NCBI RefSeq assembly: GCF_000621645.1
Contig: NZ_JHXR01000047.1
Location: 1 to 6,763 of the forward strand
DNA length: 6,763 nt
Origin: Vibrio cholerae ATCC 14035
GTDB lineage: Bacteria; Pseudomonadota; Gammaproteobacteria; Enterobacterales; Vibrionaceae
Reading direction: 5' to 3'
Below, piece by piece: positions 5,453-6,763 of this stretch (positions are counted from its first letter, which is position 1; each line of letters begins with the position of its first letter). The position numbers and the translations under genes were made by a program. The notes beneath the pieces were generated by a model that worked only from the letters and a program-made list of their open reading frames with translations, had not been told where the DNA came from and searched no databases.

Positions 5453-5574
5453 TAACGCCCGCCCAAGGGGCTGGCAACGCATTACCACTAAACTCAAACA
5501 AAACAACCATAACCACCGCGGCTCATTGGGACTGGAAACGCCACGCGTTGATAGTCCCTTTGAGGCGTTTGTTA
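5453..5574 (-). repeat. attC site, VCR class (copy 8, 122 bp; most divergent copy)
   Basis: Same repeat but with CGCCCAAGGGG (T to C), CAAACAAAAC, GTTGATAGTCC (C to T) and CCCTTTGAGG (1-bp deletion relative to CCCTCTTGAGG). These fall in the normally invariant arms. Confidence 0.9.
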
Positions 5575-5584
5575 GTTTTGGGCG

Positions 5585-6382
5585 CTAGGAAGAAAATTTA
5601 TCTACCAATTTTTGTAGATTATGAGCAGTTGGACGAGACTTTAGCTTTTTGATACCACTTCGAGTCGAAACCTGATGGATACAATTATCAAAGTAGTCAT
5701 GAATTGCTTTGTAGTCTGCTTTAACGGTAGGCTCACATTCATAATGAGCTAGCCTTCCAAAAAGACCACACAGCCAATCTGCACATTGAACCGTTTGATA
5801 TAAATGGCTTTCGACTTGTACTGGAGGTTCTATCAAGCGATAACGAGCATCATCACCAAACATTGCAACAGATGCAGTTTCAACAATTTCACCACGGAGA
5901 ACGTTTTCTTCTTGCTGATCTAGAATAAGCATAAACTTTGCGTCACGCTGTTCACACTCTTGATCAATACACTTTATGACTTCCCTTAATACAGAGTGAT
6001 AAAGTCGCTTGGAATCATGGCCATCAACTCTCCTCTCTTTTTCAATACCGACATAAATTATAAAGCCTCCAGATGCTTTTACCTTATTTAGTAGCCGAAA
6101 AGTCGCCTGCCTTAACTGTCGATATTTGGTAACATTAGTCACAGTGTATAATGAAGCGCCTTTCTTTTCCCACTTTGCAGGGTGAATGCCGCTATTTTTT
6201 AGCTCGTAGTCTAGCAGGCGATTCTTAAGCTGGTAGAAGTATGTCGAGAATTTTCTAACTTCTGTATAAGGTAGGACAACTCCACCCAACCCAAATACAG
6301 GATGTGTTTTGTGGCTTTTGTCGGTAGAAGACAAGTAAGGGCCGATGTGACCAAATTCGTCAAGATATACAATGTAAAGCAA
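5585..6382 (-). CDS. DUF3800-like protein, function unknown
   Basis: The reading frame is open from 6457 (GTG, 290 aa). The preferred start is TTG 6382-6380, with a GGAGG SD (6391-6395) 8 nt upstream, giving 265 aa that begin MLYIVYLDEFGH. The DE motif at the extreme N-terminus and QCAD (QxxD) near the C-terminus (..HLYQTVQCADWLCG..) match my recollection of the DUF3800 (PF12686) signature. Confidence 0.75.
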   Translation of the reverse strand: MLYIVYLDEFGHIGPYLSSTDKSHKTHPVFGLGGVVLPYTEVRKFSTYFYQLKNRLLDYELKNSGIHPAKWEKKGASLYTVTNVTKYRQLRQATFRLLNKVKASGGFIIYVGIEKERRVDGHDSKRLYHSVLREVIKCIDQECEQRDAKFMLILDQQEENVLRGEIVETASVAMFGDDARYRLIEPPVQVESHLYQTVQCADWLCGLFGRLAHYECEPTVKADYKAIHDYFDNCIHQVSTRSGIKKLKSRPTAHNLQKLVDKFSS

Positions 6383-6475
6383 TTTACCAGCCTCCAGATA
6401 CACGAAAGCTCGACCATTAATGTCGAGCCTCGGAAGTGGAGCGCTTCGTGAAACCACGCCTCGCGTCCCACTAAG

Positions 6476-6504
6476 AATTTAGTACTTTGAGCATCTGAAG
6501 TCAA
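6476..6504 (-). promoter_or_regulatory. Putative sigma70 promoter of the DUF3800-like cassette
   Basis: On the minus strand: T-rich tract, TTGACT (6504-6499), 17-nt spacer, TAAATT (6481-6476). It lies immediately downstream of the attC copy 9 crossover. The leader of about 90 nt contains the hairpin GCTCGAC/GTCGAGC (6408-6414/6422-6428). Confidence 0.5.
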
Positions 6505-6512
6505 GAAAAAAC

Positions 6513-6634
6513 TAACGCCCGCCTAAGGGGCTGGCAACGCATACCACTAAACTCAATCACAACAACCGTAACCACCGCGACTCATTGGGACTGGAAACGC
6601 CACGCGTTGACAGTCCCTCTTGAGGCGTTTGTTA
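6513..6634 (-). repeat. attC site, VCR class (copy 9, 122 bp)
   Basis: Same repeat, with variants CATACCAC, CTCAATCAC and CCGCGACTC. Confidence 0.95.
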
Positions 6635-6763
6635 GGTTTGTGCTACGAAGCTCATGTAGTAATAACCACCCAATTCATCATCCACTTGCGACACAATTTC
6701 AAAACCTTGCGACAAATAAAAGTTGAGTGCTTTTTGATTTTGAACCATGCACTTAAGGCTTAA
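6632..6763 (-). CDS. 3' end of a GNAT-family acetyltransferase gene (partial, start beyond window)
   Basis: Own translation in the frame aligned to 6763 gives LSLKCMVQNQKALNFYLSQGFEIVSQVDDELGGYYYMSFVAQT*. This is the classic GNAT C-terminal motif (N..A..FY...GF). The stop is the attC TAA (6632-6634). Confidence 0.6.
   Translation of the reverse strand, partial: LSLKCMVQNQKALNFYLSQGFEIVSQVDDELGGYYYMSFVAQT

Larger units (their letters stand above)
291..6763 (-). other. Chromosomal integron cassette array (superintegron-type); cassette units by G/TT crossover: ?-657, 658-1266, 1267-1916, 1917-2673, 2674-3205, 3206-3742, 3743-4719, 4720-5455, 5456-6515, 6516->6763
   Basis: There is a regular alternation of a conserved attC with unique 0-2 gene modules. 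Ten of twelve cassette CDS are co-oriented with the attC polarity. Cassette boundaries were computed from the TAA|C position of each repeat. Confidence 0.9.

Noticed and set aside
5303-5506. 67-aa minus-strand ORF overlapping the GST start and attC copy 8
   Set aside because: It starts inside the attC repeat and is out of frame with the GST CDS, whose N-terminal GST domain is unmistakable.
6383-6457. GTG 6457 as the start of the DUF3800-like protein (290 aa), and GTG 4650 as the start of the DUF4160-like protein
   Set aside because: No SD precedes either GTG. Downstream in-frame starts (TTG 6382 with GGAGG, ATG 4644 with AGAGG) place the family's N-terminal motifs right at the start, as is typical. 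The longer forms cannot be excluded without N-terminal data.
6211-6504. 97-aa minus-strand ORF overlapping the 5' part of the DUF3800-like gene
   Set aside because: It is an alternate frame of the same strand. It would begin inside the predicted promoter, and the other frame carries the conserved DE motif and an SD.
655-6634. A regularly spaced repeat array that could superficially suggest CRISPR
   Set aside because: The repeats are 122-123 bp (CRISPR repeats are about 23-50 bp). The 'spacers' are 400-940 bp and contain complete genes with SD sites. The repeats have attC-type imperfect dyad symmetry with TAAC/GTTA ends.

Overview
This window is a segment of a Vibrio-type chromosomal integron (superintegron) cassette array. 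Nine near-identical 122-123 bp imperfect-palindromic repeats of the V. cholerae repeat (VCR) class of attC sites lie at 655-777, 1264-1385, 1914-2035, 2671-2792, 3203-3325, 3740-3862, 4717-4838, 5453-5574 and 6513-6634. They delimit eight complete cassettes of 532-1060 bp and two partial ones. The canonical cassette orientation is the minus strand (attC reads TAACAAACGCC...GGGCGTTA there), so attI/intI would lie beyond the right edge; no integrase is in the window. Cassette contents from left to right are: a Cys-rich 89-aa orphan whose own attC is replaced by the end of an IS3-family insertion sequence (1-290, partial OrfA), a VOC/glyoxalase-family protein, a GNAT acetyltransferase, a reverse-oriented RHH-antitoxin plus RelE/ParE-toxin pair, a 131-aa orphan with one hydrophobic helix, a cassette with no convincing ORF, an overlapping DUF4160 plus DUF2442::HTH gene pair with its own promoter and operator-like inverted repeat, a GST-family protein, a DUF3800-like protein with its own promoter, and the 3' end of a second GNAT gene. 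No rRNA, tRNA or CRISPR was seen. The best candidates for an undescribed system are the two self-promoted, function-unknown cassettes (DUF3800-like, and DUF4160/DUF2442-HTH), followed by the ORF-less cassette. All family assignments come from reading the translations by eye and recalling family motifs; no database search was run.
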